This document shows, one piece after another, positions 51,976 through 61,807 of a DNA stretch of 64,000 nt (its first letter is position 1; each line of letters starts with the position of its first letter). The position numbers were made by a program, and so were the translations under genes. Location: positions 59,793 through 123,792 of the forward strand of contig JAFRCD010000002.1 of NCBI GenBank assembly GCA_017404555.1, read 5' to 3'. This DNA is from Bacilli bacterium. Lineage in GTDB: Bacteria > Bacillota_I > Bacilli_A > RF39 > UBA660. The notes beneath the pieces are model-generated. The model was not told the origin of the DNA. It searched no databases and worked only from the letters and a program-made list of their open reading frames with translations.

Positions 51976-52920
51976 TTAGGGTAAATCTTTTCTAGTTATC
52001 TCTTTTATTTTTTGACCATTTACTTTAAATACTACTTTCTCTTTTTCCAAGGTTTCAAATACTGAATATGATATTGAATAAATAACTTCTTCTAAAATTT
52101 CCTTTTTACGGTCAAAAATACCCGAATCAAAATCTAGAGTTATAGATGTATCATCTTCGTCATAACCTTTTAGATGAGTATTATTATTTAAAAAGCTCAT
52201 TAGATTAGGTTCATAAATATAACTACTAGCTAATTCATCAATAATAACTTTTATTTTTTGATCTTTAGTATTTAAATACTTAGTTACTGGGACATAATAA
52301 TTATTGCTATCAATTTCTTCTAAATAGTATAAGACTACTTTTTGTGTATCTTCTCTTTTATGGATATCTATTCTTTTATTAATTCCTATTTCCCGAGTTA
52401 ATACTTCCGGTAAAGGAATATTAGTATTGGGATAAGTTTTTAAAACTTGATCTTCTACTAAGATTTGAACTTCTTTAATATCAGCGATATCAGTAATACT
52501 AAATACTAAAGATTCTATTAGTTTTTTAGAAAGATGAGGAGTTATGTTAAATAGTTCTTTAGAAAAGTTAAGTATTGCTCTTCCATCTTTAACATTGATA
52601 CTTTTTATTTTGGTATTTTTAGGAATTGTTCCTCTTAAACCAGTTGGTTTTAATGTTTGAGAATCATCTTTTAAAATATTTATAATCTTGCGAATATTCT
52701 TTTCATCAGATTCTTCATCTAAAATTATTCTATTTTTAACTAAATATTCATTAGAATCCATTAAATAAACACTGTTAGTTCCCAACCCTGATAAATACTC
52801 TATTTCTAAACCAACCGGTAACTCTTCTTCTTTATTGGTAGGTAAAAAATAAATAGTCATAAGAACAAATGCAGTTAGGGTTGTTATAAAGATTTTTCGA
52901 AGAGCCTTTTTCTTAAGCAT
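51976..52920 (-). CDS. Membrane-anchored protein, possibly GerM-like (GerMN-domain) sporulation/germination protein
   Basis: N-terminal anchor. Repeated segments (ILNFSKE..., ITLDFDSGI...) resemble GerMN domains. Adjacent to gerE. Confidence 0.3.
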   Translation of the reverse strand: MLKKKALRKIFITTLTAFVLMTIYFLPTNKEEELPVGLEIEYLSGLGTNSVYLMDSNEYLVKNRIILDEESDEKNIRKIINILKDDSQTLKPTGLRGTIPKNTKIKSINVKDGRAILNFSKELFNITPHLSKKLIESLVFSITDIADIKEVQILVEDQVLKTYPNTNIPLPEVLTREIGINKRIDIHKREDTQKVVLYYLEEIDSNNYYVPVTKYLNTKDQKIKVIIDELASSYIYEPNLMSFLNNNTHLKGYDEDDTSITLDFDSGIFDRKKEILEEVIYSISYSVFETLEKEKVVFKVNGQKIKEITRKDLP

Positions 52921-52934
52921 TGTATCACCTAAAA

Positions 52935-52962
52935 AAGTATATGAAAAAACGCACTAAAAAAG
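52935..52962 (-). terminator. Possible terminator after gerE (hairpin with a G-U pair)
   Basis: On the minus transcript, CGUAC-uuuuuua-GUGCG is followed by UUUUUU. Confidence 0.3.
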
Positions 52963-52967
52963 TACGT

Positions 52968-53174
52968 TTATAAAGATATTTCATTTAGTTTTAATAATTC
53001 AACTACGGCACTAGCGCGACCACTAACACCTAGTTTCTGCATTGCATTTGATATATGATTACGAACTGTTTTTTCACTGATGTTTAACTCAGTAGCTATT
53101 TCTTTAGTTGTCATATTATCAACTAAAAGTTCAAATACTTCTCTTTCTCTATTAGTTAAAATTCTTTTAACCAT
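52968..53174 (-). CDS. gerE: Sporulation transcription regulator GerE (LuxR-type HTH)
   Basis: The 68-aa sequence LTNREREVFELLVDNMTTKEIATELNISEKTVRNHISNAMQKLGVSGRASAVVELL is almost identical to Bacillus GerE. Confidence 0.9.
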   Translation of the reverse strand: MVKRILTNREREVFELLVDNMTTKEIATELNISEKTVRNHISNAMQKLGVSGRASAVVELLKLNEISL

Positions 53175-53206
53175 TTTTTCACCTCTTTATACTGAATACC
53201 TATCAA

Positions 53207-53234
53207 TATTTTATGAGGTGAAGTCATCTCCTGT
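53207..53234 (-). promoter_or_regulatory. Sigma-K-type promoter motif upstream of gerE (AC-17-CATAAAATA)
   Basis: On the minus strand, CATAaaaTA (53207-53215) and AC (53233-53234) with a 17-nt spacer, about 32 nt upstream of the gerE ATG. Confidence 0.4.
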
Positions 53235-53743
53235 TAATTCTTATGCCCATTTTGGAATTTAACAGTAGTAAAGACTCGTTCTTGATACTCTTCTTGAATA
53301 GTTCGCATGATATCATTAGCTAAAACTTTATCATATTTATCACTAATAGCGACTACAGATATATTACTATTATCTATTTTAACAAAACTATCTATTTTTA
53401 AGTTATCTTTTATTTTATTTTCTAATTTCTCTTCTTTACCCTTTAATCCATTTAAATACTTTAATTGTTCATAAGCATTATTCTTTTCATCTGCTGTTAG
53501 ATCTTTATTAGTTAATTGTTCTTTTAAAGTTGTAGTTAATTCTTCCCTTTCTTCTTCTAGTGATACTCGCATAGCTTCTAATTCATTTGTCTTTTTAACT
53601 TTAGCCTTTTTAAGTTTACTTTTTTCTACTACTTCTTTAGTGTTTTTTAAAACTAAGTCATTAGGCATTGTAATATAATATACACTTAGTACTAATATCA
53701 AACTGAAGAGTGTTAAAAACCACAAATTTTGTTTATTAATCAT
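53234..53743 (-). CDS. spoIIIAH: SpoIIIAH-like sporulation protein (YscJ/FliF-type domain)
   Basis: N-terminus MINKQNLWFLTLFSLILVLSVYYITMP closely resembles Bacillus SpoIIIAH (..WLLTMLSLVVVLSVYYIMSP). Coiled-coil Lys/Glu-rich middle and a C-terminal ISVVAISDKYDK...VFTTVKFQ region. Confidence 0.55.
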   Translation of the reverse strand: MINKQNLWFLTLFSLILVLSVYYITMPNDLVLKNTKEVVEKSKLKKAKVKKTNELEAMRVSLEEEREELTTTLKEQLTNKDLTADEKNNAYEQLKYLNGLKGKEEKLENKIKDNLKIDSFVKIDNSNISVVAISDKYDKVLANDIMRTIQEEYQERVFTTVKFQNGHKN

Positions 53744-53810
53744 CCGAACATTTCCTCACTTTCTAATTAAGTGTATGATTAATTAAATAATTTAGAACTA
53801 CTTTTTAAGA

Positions 53811-53836
53811 CAATAAAAAAGCGCTTAATGCGCTTT
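53811..53836 (-). terminator. Rho-independent terminator after gene 53841..54470
   Basis: Hairpin aagcgc-ttaat-gcgctt followed by a U-run on the minus transcript. Confidence 0.5.
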
Positions 53837-53840
53837 AAAA

Positions 53841-54470
53841 CTATCTCAAGTCTTCTAAGAAGTGATCAAGTTCTGATTCATTATCATAGCTATATAAGTA
53901 TTTAGTAGTATAACTACTAGCATAGTTTTCAACATCAATTGCGACTAAAAGAGATTTCTTATTATCTTTATTTGGTACATAGACAATATTTAATAAGTCT
54001 CCTTGATTAGTAGAACTATAGATATTATCTGAGATTGAGAAACTATAACCAGGACAAGTAACCTCATATTTTATTTCTTCTACTTTAGAGGCTGCTTTTA
54101 GTTTATTAAAGACCTTAGTAATAGAGTCTTTAGAAAGTATCTTATGGGTTTTATCAAAAGCATTACTACTGCTGGCATCAGCAAGTTTACAAGTTGATAA
54201 ATAAGGGTGGGTACTCTTAACATTATCCATATAGTCCTCTATCTTAGCCTGCATACCATCATAATCAAACTTAGAGTTTTTAGCAACCACTTTTTCTTGT
54301 TTTTTTTCATCATTACTAGGTGGTACTGTTTCCTTTTTATAAGTTGTCTCTTTCTCTTTTGGTTGATAATCAGCTACAGCATCAAAAACTATATAAGCCC
54401 CCATTGCTAAAACTAATAGCCCTAAAACACATACTACAATAATAAATATTACTCTTTCTGTACTCTTCAT
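53841..54470 (-). CDS. Membrane-anchored hypothetical protein (209 aa)
   Basis: N-terminal TM helix and an extracellular domain with two Cys. Sits between efp and spoIIIAH where Bacillus has spoIIIAA-AG. Confidence 0.3.
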   Translation of the reverse strand: MKSTERVIFIIVVCVLGLLVLAMGAYIVFDAVADYQPKEKETTYKKETVPPSNDEKKQEKVVAKNSKFDYDGMQAKIEDYMDNVKSTHPYLSTCKLADASSSNAFDKTHKILSKDSITKVFNKLKAASKVEEIKYEVTCPGYSFSISDNIYSSTNQGDLLNIVYVPNKDNKKSLLVAIDVENYASSYTTKYLYSYDNESELDHFLEDLR

Positions 54471-54519
54471 ACTTCCTCCTTTATTTTATTATACAATAAA
54501 ACATGCTCTTAAAAAGAGC

Positions 54520-55077
54520 CTAAGCTCTTGATGAATATTTACCATTAGCAGTACTAATAAGTATTTTTTCTCCCTCTTCAATAAATAGAGGTACTTTTAC
54601 TACTAGCCCTGTTTCTACTGTAGCATCTTTCATAGCATTATTAGCAGTATTACCTTTAACAGCTGGTTCAGTGGCTGTTACTGTTAATTCTACTTTATCA
54701 GGTAAATCGATACCTAATAGTTCTCCTTCATAAAGGATAACTTGGACATTCATGTTTTCGATTAAATAATTCGTGGCATCACCAATTTGATCTTTAGAAA
54801 GTTCTAATTGCTCATAAGTATCCATATTCATGAAATAATAAATATCACCAGTATTATATAAATACTGAACATTTTGTTTACTAATATTTGCTCTAGCAAA
54901 TTTTACATTAGTATTGAATGTCTTATCAAGAATACCTCCAGAACGAAGATTTCTTAATTTAATCTTCATAAAAGCAGGACCTTTACCTGGTTTTACATGT
55001 AAAAATTCAACTATTTGATAAATCTCATTATCAATCATAATAGTCATACCATTTTTAATATCATTTATGTTAATCAT
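54520..55077 (-). CDS. efp: Elongation factor P
   Basis: Full-length EF-P match (KNGMTIMIDNEIYQIVEFLHVKPGKGPAFMKIKLRNL). Confidence 0.95.
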   Translation of the reverse strand: MININDIKNGMTIMIDNEIYQIVEFLHVKPGKGPAFMKIKLRNLRSGGILDKTFNTNVKFARANISKQNVQYLYNTGDIYYFMNMDTYEQLELSKDQIGDATNYLIENMNVQVILYEGELLGIDLPDKVELTVTATEPAVKGNTANNAMKDATVETGLVVKVPLFIEEGEKILISTANGKYSSRA

Positions 55078-55089
55078 CTTTTACACCTT

Positions 55090-55254
55090 CTATTTCTTTT
55101 CTTTATGAGTTGTATGTTTTCTACATTTTGGACAATACTTACTTATTTCTAATCTATCAGTAGTATTTTTAACATTCTTATCTACACGATAGTTTTCTTC
55201 TTTACATTCACTACATACAAGTGTCTTATATTGTCTGTTTCCTACTTTTGCCAT
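55090..55254 (-). CDS. rpmG: 50S ribosomal protein L33
   Basis: Absent from the ORF track because it is short. Reverse translation gives [54 protein letters not shown] (54 aa) with the CxxC...CxxC motif. Confidence 0.85.
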   Translation of the reverse strand: MAKVGNRQYKTLVCSECKEENYRVDKNVKNTTDRLEISKYCPKCRKHTTHKEKK

Positions 55255-55317
55255 AATATCACTCCTTTTTTATCTGCTAGTATTATATCAAACTTTTCTT
55301 TTACTAGCAATCTTTTT

Positions 55318-57408
55318 TTAATATCCGTACATATCAAAATATTTAGCTGTTATCTCCTTAGAGATTCTCATTGTAACTAAGGAAGCGTAATCACTCTTAG
55401 AATTTGGGTAAGATGAGTTTGGTGAAACAACAGTAATAGTAAATCTTGGGTTAACTGAAGGTACATATCCTAAGAAGGAACTAGTAATAGTTTCTGTATC
55501 AATTCTACCATCATCATCAGTATCAATAAAGCTTTGAGAAGTACCAGTTTTACCTGCTGAATCATGGTCATAAGCTACATAGCCACGTCCATAACCATCA
55601 CCACGCATAGTAACCGCATGGAACCCTTCTTTAACTCGATTGAAGTATTCATCTTTAGTATCAACTTTATTTAACACTTCTCGTTTAGATTTATAAATGA
55701 TTTTACCTAAAGCCTCCGTATTAGTTGCTTCATGAACTTCTCTTAACATCTGCGGTTTAATTCGCTCTTTGCTATCACCAGCAAAAGTTGTTATATACTG
55801 GGATAATTGCATTGGAGTATATGTTTCATACTGACCCATAACATAATCAAGTAAATTACCTGATGATTTGTCTTTTCCTTTACCGGAAACACCTATTGAT
55901 TCAACTGGTAAGTCTATTTCTGTTTTAACTCCTAGTCCAAAGGAATTATACATTTTTCGATATTTATCAAAGACATCTTGTCTAAAAGGAACATATACAC
56001 CATGATAATATTCTACTCCTGAAAGACGCATTGCGATTTTAAATTGATAAACATTGGAAGATTTAGCTAAAGCTGTAATATCATCGATAGTTCCTAAGTT
56101 ATCAACAGAAGAACACTTCTCTGGAGCTCCCGATATTTTAACACATTCATCACGCATGTACTCTCCTATTTCAACTCCACCGTTATTATAACCAACTAGC
56201 ATAGAAGCTCCTTTTACAACGGAACCTGGAGTAACTGGTGAAGTAAGAATAGCTGGAGTATAATCTTTAGCTACCCAATGACCATTTTCTAAAACAGCTT
56301 GTTTACCACTAATAGCTAGTATTCCTCCATCTTTAGGATCTTGTAGAATGACAAATGAATGATCATAGTAAGCAGTGTTTTGTTCTCCTTTAGTACTAAT
56401 TACTTGTTGAGATAAAATACGATCTACTTCTTGCTGAAGTTTAATATCAATATTTAAAACAATATCGTTTCCTCTTTTACCTTCGCTTATTAAAGATAAA
56501 GTTTTTGAATTAACAACTTCGTATTTTTCTTTAGTACCATGTAAATAGTTTTCATATTGTTTTTCAATATAACTTGTACCAACTCGATCACTTAGGCTAT
56601 AACCATTAGCTAAATAATAGGCTTTTTCCTCAGCTGGTAGTCCTTGAGTAGCTGAAGAAACATTACCTAAAATAGTTTTTAAAGTATCTCCATAAGGATA
56701 AGTTCTTTCCCAATCTAGTCTAGTATTAAATCCAGATAAATTATTACTATTCTCTGTAAAATAAGCATACTCTTCTTCTGTAACGTTAGTCTTAATTATC
56801 TTATCATCATAAGCATAGCCTTTATTCATTAAATAATAAATATAAGTTGCTTTATTATCATCATTAGTAAAACTATTTAAAATATTATCTGTTATTCTTT
56901 CTTTTTGTCTTTTTAAGATATCACTACTAGTAATTTTTCTTTCTTCTAAAGCAGTCCATTCATTTTGAGTAATTAATTTCTTAGCTTTAGTAGGATACTT
57001 TTTTAAATAAAAGTCTTTTTTCATATCAATAGTTAATTTGGAAATATCCAATTCAATATGAGGTGCAACTAAATAAGCTAGTTCTATTTCTTTTTTAGTA
57101 GTATTAGTTTTTTGTTTTTTATAATAAATAGTTTTAACCGCAACATTATCAACCAAAATATTATAGTTTCGATCATAAATTCTTCCTCTTGGTGATGATG
57201 GACCTTCAACATCATCATAAGAAAGTTTAGTTAGTTTCTTTTCATATTCTTTTTTATCAACAATCATTACTTGAAATAATCTAGTTATAATAACTAAAAA
57301 AACAAAAATAGTTATCCCCAGCAAAAAAATACTCCTCCTAGACAAAATTTTGTCAAAAGAAGTTCTTTTCTTACTACGATTAATTCTCTTTGTTTTCTTT
57401 TTAGCCAT
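55318..57408 (-). CDS. Class B penicillin-binding protein (transpeptidase; PBP2B/SpoVD-like)
   Basis: N-terminal anchor, dimerisation domain, and transpeptidase motifs SVVK (SxxK), SSN-like and KTGT. Start moved to the Met (MAKKKTKR) behind a GGGGGAAAA RBS. Confidence 0.85.
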   Translation of the reverse strand: MAKKKTKRINRSKKRTSFDKILSRRSIFLLGITIFVFLVIITRLFQVMIVDKKEYEKKLTKLSYDDVEGPSSPRGRIYDRNYNILVDNVAVKTIYYKKQKTNTTKKEIELAYLVAPHIELDISKLTIDMKKDFYLKKYPTKAKKLITQNEWTALEERKITSSDILKRQKERITDNILNSFTNDDNKATYIYYLMNKGYAYDDKIIKTNVTEEEYAYFTENSNNLSGFNTRLDWERTYPYGDTLKTILGNVSSATQGLPAEEKAYYLANGYSLSDRVGTSYIEKQYENYLHGTKEKYEVVNSKTLSLISEGKRGNDIVLNIDIKLQQEVDRILSQQVISTKGEQNTAYYDHSFVILQDPKDGGILAISGKQAVLENGHWVAKDYTPAILTSPVTPGSVVKGASMLVGYNNGGVEIGEYMRDECVKISGAPEKCSSVDNLGTIDDITALAKSSNVYQFKIAMRLSGVEYYHGVYVPFRQDVFDKYRKMYNSFGLGVKTEIDLPVESIGVSGKGKDKSSGNLLDYVMGQYETYTPMQLSQYITTFAGDSKERIKPQMLREVHEATNTEALGKIIYKSKREVLNKVDTKDEYFNRVKEGFHAVTMRGDGYGRGYVAYDHDSAGKTGTSQSFIDTDDDGRIDTETITSSFLGYVPSVNPRFTITVVSPNSSYPNSKSDYASLVTMRISKEITAKYFDMYGY

Positions 57409-57479
57409 AATTTTCCCCCATCTATAGTTTATCACATAAATGGAAAGTTATTTCATATATTTTTAAAAAGGAGAAATTT

Positions 57480-57731
57480 ATGCCTAATGAATTAATAAAA
57501 AAATATATAAACTTACTTACAATTGACCATATTAAAAAGTATGCCTTAGCTAACAATATAAAAATAACTGCTGATGAAGCAGCAGTTATTTATAGTTTTA
57601 TTAAGAATAATTATCAAGATTTATTAACTGGTAATATTAATAATTTATTACCATTAAAAGAAAAGATAAATTCTAATACTTATAATAATCTAGTAATTCT
57701 TTATAAAGAAGCTTGTATTAAGTATTTATGA
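57480..57731 (+). CDS. Small hypothetical protein (83 aa)
   Basis: Isolated plus-strand ORF in a minus-strand region; AGGAG RBS present. Confidence 0.25.
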   Translation: MPNELIKKYINLLTIDHIKKYALANNIKITADEAAVIYSFIKNNYQDLLTGNINNLLPLKEKINSNTYNNLVILYKEACIKYL

Positions 57732-58727
57732 CTTTAAAACCTTTTTATATATTTCTACTAATTTTTTACCTACTTTTTTAATATCTCTTTCTGAAGCCAC
57801 TTTATAACTTTCTTTAGTTAAATCTGGCAATTCATTGTTTAGGATTTTTTTAATTTTCTTTTCAAATTCATTTATGTCTTTTGCTTTATAAACATTTTTA
57901 CCATCTATTAACCAATCATCAAAAACTGGAATATCTCTAATTAGAGCTTTAGTTTCACAAGCACAAGCTTCAATAATAGGAATTCCTTCAGTTTCTTCAT
58001 AAGTTGGGAAGACATATAGATCACAACTATTAAGAGCTTCTTTGATTTCCTTTTGGGGAACATATCCTGTAAAAGTTAAATTAGGTAATTTAGTATTAAC
58101 AGCTTTTCGTACTTTACTAGTAGTAAGATAAAGTGGTGATGAACCAAACCAAACAAACTTATATTCTGGTAAGCGTTTAGCTAGTTCTACAAAATCAATA
58201 ATTCCTTTTCTTTCAATATAAAGGCCAATCGCAATAACTATTTTATCTTCTTTAGAAAAGTTATATTTTTTTAGGAATTTACTACGCGCTTTTTTATCTT
58301 TCTTAAATAAATCCAATTCAATACCATTGCTTAAAGCATAGATAGGTTTTTTAATACCATAACCTTCTAATAGCCTTTTAGAATATGGTGTTGGAGTAAT
58401 AATTACATCCCCTAAGTTATAACACTTAATAATCCATTTTTTAAATAATTTAGATGTCGCTTTACTGAAGAAGAAACCATCTCTAAAATCTTCTTCTGTA
58501 GAGTGGGCATGATATACTACTTTTTTACCCATTTTATGTGCTTTTTTAGCAAAAAAATATGATTTTGGTCCATAGAAATTAATATGAACAATATCAAAAT
58601 CATCATTTTTATCAGTTGTATAAGGAATACCATTTTCTTTTAAGGCTTTCTTTTGATGTTCTATAGCCTTACCAAGACCACTATTATGCAGGAGTTTTTC
58701 ACCTTCGGTATATAATAGAATTTTCAT
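57726..58727 (-). CDS. Glycosyltransferase family 4 protein
   Basis: GT-B fold with the EX7E-type region (FPTYEETEGIPIIEA). Confidence 0.7.
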   Translation of the reverse strand: MKILLYTEGEKLLHNSGLGKAIEHQKKALKENGIPYTTDKNDDFDIVHINFYGPKSYFFAKKAHKMGKKVVYHAHSTEEDFRDGFFFSKATSKLFKKWIIKCYNLGDVIITPTPYSKRLLEGYGIKKPIYALSNGIELDLFKKDKKARSKFLKKYNFSKEDKIVIAIGLYIERKGIIDFVELAKRLPEYKFVWFGSSPLYLTTSKVRKAVNTKLPNLTFTGYVPQKEIKEALNSCDLYVFPTYEETEGIPIIEACACETKALIRDIPVFDDWLIDGKNVYKAKDINEFEKKIKKILNNELPDLTKESYKVASERDIKKVGKKLVEIYKKVLKS

Positions 58728-58774
58728 ACTTCTCGCCTCGTTTTAATTATATCATAATCTAATTCTTCAGTCTA

Positions 58775-60145
58775 TTATTCAGCACTTTCAAAGAAGGCTA
58801 AATAGGCTCTATAAGCCTCATAAATATCAAATTTACTAGTTACTTCATATGGAGAATGCATTGATATTAATGGTACTCCACAATCAATTACTTCAACCCC
58901 TTTATTAGCTAAGATATAGGCAATAGTGCCTCCACCACCAAGATCTACTTTACCAAGTTCAGATAATTGATATTTTATATCATTCTCTTCAAAAATACTT
59001 CTTATTTTAGCAACAAATTCAGCATTAGCATCACTAGCTCCACTTTTACCACGAGCACCAGTGTATTTATTGACATCAAGGCCATATCCAATGTAAGATG
59101 CATTGTTTTTTTCTGAGGCTTCGGCATAATTAGGATCAATACCCACTCCTACATCTGCTGATAACATCATTGATTTATTATATATTTGAGAAAGAAGCCC
59201 TATTTCATTAAGTCCCATTTTATTTAGTACTTCATTAATAAACAAATCAAAACTTTCGGAATACATTCCCGTATTACCAACACTACCTATTTCTTCTTTA
59301 TCGGCAAAGATAGCCACTTTAGTAGAAGCAGTTTCTTTAGCATTAATTAAAGCCAGTAAATTAGCATATGAACATGATCTATCATCTTGACCATAGGCAG
59401 CAATCATACTTTGATCAAAGCCTAAACTTCTAGCTTTAAAAGCTGGGACTAATTCTAGTTCAGCACTATTAAAATCACGTTCTGTAATGTCATACTTTTC
59501 ATTGATTAGTTTCATTATATTTTCTTTAATTTTATCATCACTATTAGGAATACTACCAACTAAAACATTTAAGTTTTCTCCTTCAATAGCTTTTTCTAAT
59601 TCTTTTTTCTCTTGTTCTTTGGCTAAATGAGGTAATAAATCAGTAATTGTAAAAATAGGATCTTTATCATCCTCACCAATATTAATTCCTATTTTTGTAC
59701 CATCAGCTTTTACTACTACTCCATGTAAAGCAAGGGGAATAGTTGTCCATTGATATTTCTTAATACCACCATAGTAATGAGTTTTAAATAGAGCTAATTT
59801 ATTACTTTCATATAAAGGATTAGGTTTTAAATCTAGTCTAGGGCTATCAATATGAGAACCCACAATTGATAAACCATCTAGTATATTATCACCTATTATC
59901 ATGGCATAGACACACTTATTCCTATTAAGATAATAAACATGATCACCAACAGATAATTCCTCTATTTCTTCAATATTAACAAAGTTATATTCTTCTAATT
60001 TATTAACAATGAAATCAGCAGCTTCTCTTTCAGTTTTTGAAGCATTTAAAAAATCTATATATTTATCACAAAATAAATATATCTTTTTTAGTTTATCTTT
60101 AGATATATCTTTATAACCGCACTCTTTCTTATTCATTAACTCCAT
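58775..60145 (-). CDS. M18-family aminopeptidase
   Basis: SHIDSPRLDLKPNP matches the M18 AHTDSPCLRVKP motif. Length 456 aa. Confidence 0.65.
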   Translation of the reverse strand: MELMNKKECGYKDISKDKLKKIYLFCDKYIDFLNASKTEREAADFIVNKLEEYNFVNIEEIEELSVGDHVYYLNRNKCVYAMIIGDNILDGLSIVGSHIDSPRLDLKPNPLYESNKLALFKTHYYGGIKKYQWTTIPLALHGVVVKADGTKIGINIGEDDKDPIFTITDLLPHLAKEQEKKELEKAIEGENLNVLVGSIPNSDDKIKENIMKLINEKYDITERDFNSAELELVPAFKARSLGFDQSMIAAYGQDDRSCSYANLLALINAKETASTKVAIFADKEEIGSVGNTGMYSESFDLFINEVLNKMGLNEIGLLSQIYNKSMMLSADVGVGIDPNYAEASEKNNASYIGYGLDVNKYTGARGKSGASDANAEFVAKIRSIFEENDIKYQLSELGKVDLGGGGTIAYILANKGVEVIDCGVPLISMHSPYEVTSKFDIYEAYRAYLAFFESAE

Positions 60146-60209
60146 ACTTTCACTCTCCTATTATTATTTTATCATATTATTTAAAAAACATTATTTTTTT
60201 ATTTATTAG

Positions 60210-60239
60210 TTTACATTTAAGGCTATTTTATGTTATAAT
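60210..60239 (+). promoter_or_regulatory. Candidate sigma-A promoter for tRNA-Lys (TTTACA-18-TATAAT)
   Basis: -35 at 60210-60215 and -10 at 60234-60239 with an 18-nt spacer, about 13 nt upstream of the tRNA 5' end. Confidence 0.4.
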
Positions 60240-60252
60240 TATTAAGTCTTAT

Positions 60253-60328
60253 GGACCCTTAGCTCAGTTGGTAGAGCAACTGACTCTTAATCAGTGGGTC
60301 TAGGGTTCGAATCCCTAAGGGTCCACCA
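60253..60328 (+). tRNA. tRNA-Lys (anticodon CUU), CCA encoded
   Basis: GGACCCUUAGCUCAGUUGGUAGAGCAACUGACUCUUAAUCAGUGGGUCUAGGGUUCGAAUCCCUAAGGGUCCACCA. The acceptor stem pairs 7/7 and the anticodon loop is CUCUUAA. Confidence 0.9.
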
Positions 60329-60337
60329 GATAAAAAT

Positions 60338-60363
60338 AAAGGACGATATCGTCCTTTTTTTTA
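60338..60363. terminator. Bidirectional rho-independent terminator
   Basis: Hairpin ggacgatatcgtcc flanked by an A-run and a T-run. Terminates tRNA-Lys on the plus strand and the acyltransferase gene on the minus strand. Confidence 0.7.
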
Positions 60364-61350
60364 TTCTACCAAAAAGCTTAAAACCTTGGTCTTTTTAATC
60401 AAGTATACACTCATTAAACTACAGATTAGAATAATCAGGGAAAAACCTGTTATTCCTAGTAAGGAATTAATTTCTTGATAAGAGAAATATTTAATTGTAA
60501 TATCTAAGAATATTCCATGAATTAAATATACTCCTAAAGACATACTTGATAATATAGTTATAAATTTACTTAAATGTTCCTTTTTATAGTTCGCTATTAC
60601 TAAAGTATAAAGTGCCATTGAAGCAACCATAATAAATGGAGTTCTATAAGCAAAGAACAAATTATAAAACATATGATATTTTATTGAATAAATATAATTT
60701 AAAGTTACACTAATGGTGATAGCAGCAATGGTAGAAGATACTAATAAAGGATTGTATTCTCTGTTGTATTTCTTCTTAGCATAATCATAAAGGTACTTAC
60801 CAATGATAAAATAACCCATATGGGAAAAGATAGTAAATACTTGAGCTATAGTATTATTAACAATACTAATAGTTGATAAAGTTATCCAAATAATTAGTAA
60901 TACTATTTTTATTTTTTTATCTGTTTTATCTAAAACTTTTTTTAGTATTGGTTGAACCAAATATAATAACAGAATAGTATATAAAAACCATAAGTGAGCC
61001 CGATAAGGCTGAATTAATAGCATATATAATTTATCATAAGTAATTCCTAAAAAATAGTATTCCCATAGAAGATAAATAATATCCCAAACTACTATCAGTA
61101 TTAAGAATTTTATTATTCTTTTAATATATTTTTTCTTATCAAATTTTCGATCTAGTAATAAGGCACCACTAATCATAAAAAAGATAGGGACACTTACACG
61201 CGCAGTTGTGTTAAAAAATAATGATCCTAAAAACTGCTTATTACTAATAATTCCAAAACTACGAGAATAAACATTAGATACATGAATAACAACTACTAAG
61301 GCCATAGAAATAACTCTTAAAATGTCGAAAGTATATTCTCTTTTTTGCAT
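60361..61350 (-). CDS. Acyltransferase-3 family membrane protein
   Basis: About 10 TM helices; N-terminus FDILRVISMALVVVIHV typical of the family. Confidence 0.7.
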   Translation of the reverse strand: MQKREYTFDILRVISMALVVVIHVSNVYSRSFGIISNKQFLGSLFFNTTARVSVPIFFMISGALLLDRKFDKKKYIKRIIKFLILIVVWDIIYLLWEYYFLGITYDKLYMLLIQPYRAHLWFLYTILLLYLVQPILKKVLDKTDKKIKIVLLIIWITLSTISIVNNTIAQVFTIFSHMGYFIIGKYLYDYAKKKYNREYNPLLVSSTIAAITISVTLNYIYSIKYHMFYNLFFAYRTPFIMVASMALYTLVIANYKKEHLSKFITILSSMSLGVYLIHGIFLDITIKYFSYQEINSLLGITGFSLIILICSLMSVYLIKKTKVLSFLVE

Positions 61351-61369
61351 AAACTACTCCTTCTAGTTT

Positions 61370-61753
61370 CTAAAACACCTTTTTAAATTCTTCTATTGTA
61401 TAAAGATTACCATCCTTTTCATATTTTACATATGAATAAGCTCCATTTTCTTTAGCAACTTTAAATACATCTTTCTTTTTCTTTAATTTCTTTTGTTCTA
61501 AAACTTCTTCATTCCACATTGAACTATCATTATGATCTAGTTTAGTAATAGTATTGATATAACTATACTTCTTTTTGTTCTTCTTTCCTTGATATAAATA
61601 TGTTGTATGTACTACATCAGTAGATTCTCCTTTAAAGACAGCAATATATCCTGAAGGAATACTATTTTCATTAGCATTAAACAATACAATTACAACAGTA
61701 CTTAATAAAACAATGAAAGCAATAATTATAATTATCCAAACATTCTTTTTCAT
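61370..61753 (-). CDS. Small membrane-anchored hypothetical protein (127 aa)
   Basis: N-terminal TM helix and a Lys-rich soluble part. Confidence 0.3.
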   Translation of the reverse strand: MKKNVWIIIIIAFIVLLSTVVIVLFNANENSIPSGYIAVFKGESTDVVHTTYLYQGKKNKKKYSYINTITKLDHNDSSMWNEEVLEQKKLKKKKDVFKVAKENGAYSYVKYEKDGNLYTIEEFKKVF

Positions 61754-61807
61754 AATTCACCTCATAATAAATTATTAAAGCGAATGAATATCATTCGCTT
61801 TAGAAAA

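Noticed and set aside
51765-51995. 76-aa plus-strand ORF
   Set aside because: It overlaps the tRNA-Arg gene and its promoter on the opposite strand. Its translation is Arg/Leu-rich, the mirror of tRNA sequence, so it is not coding.
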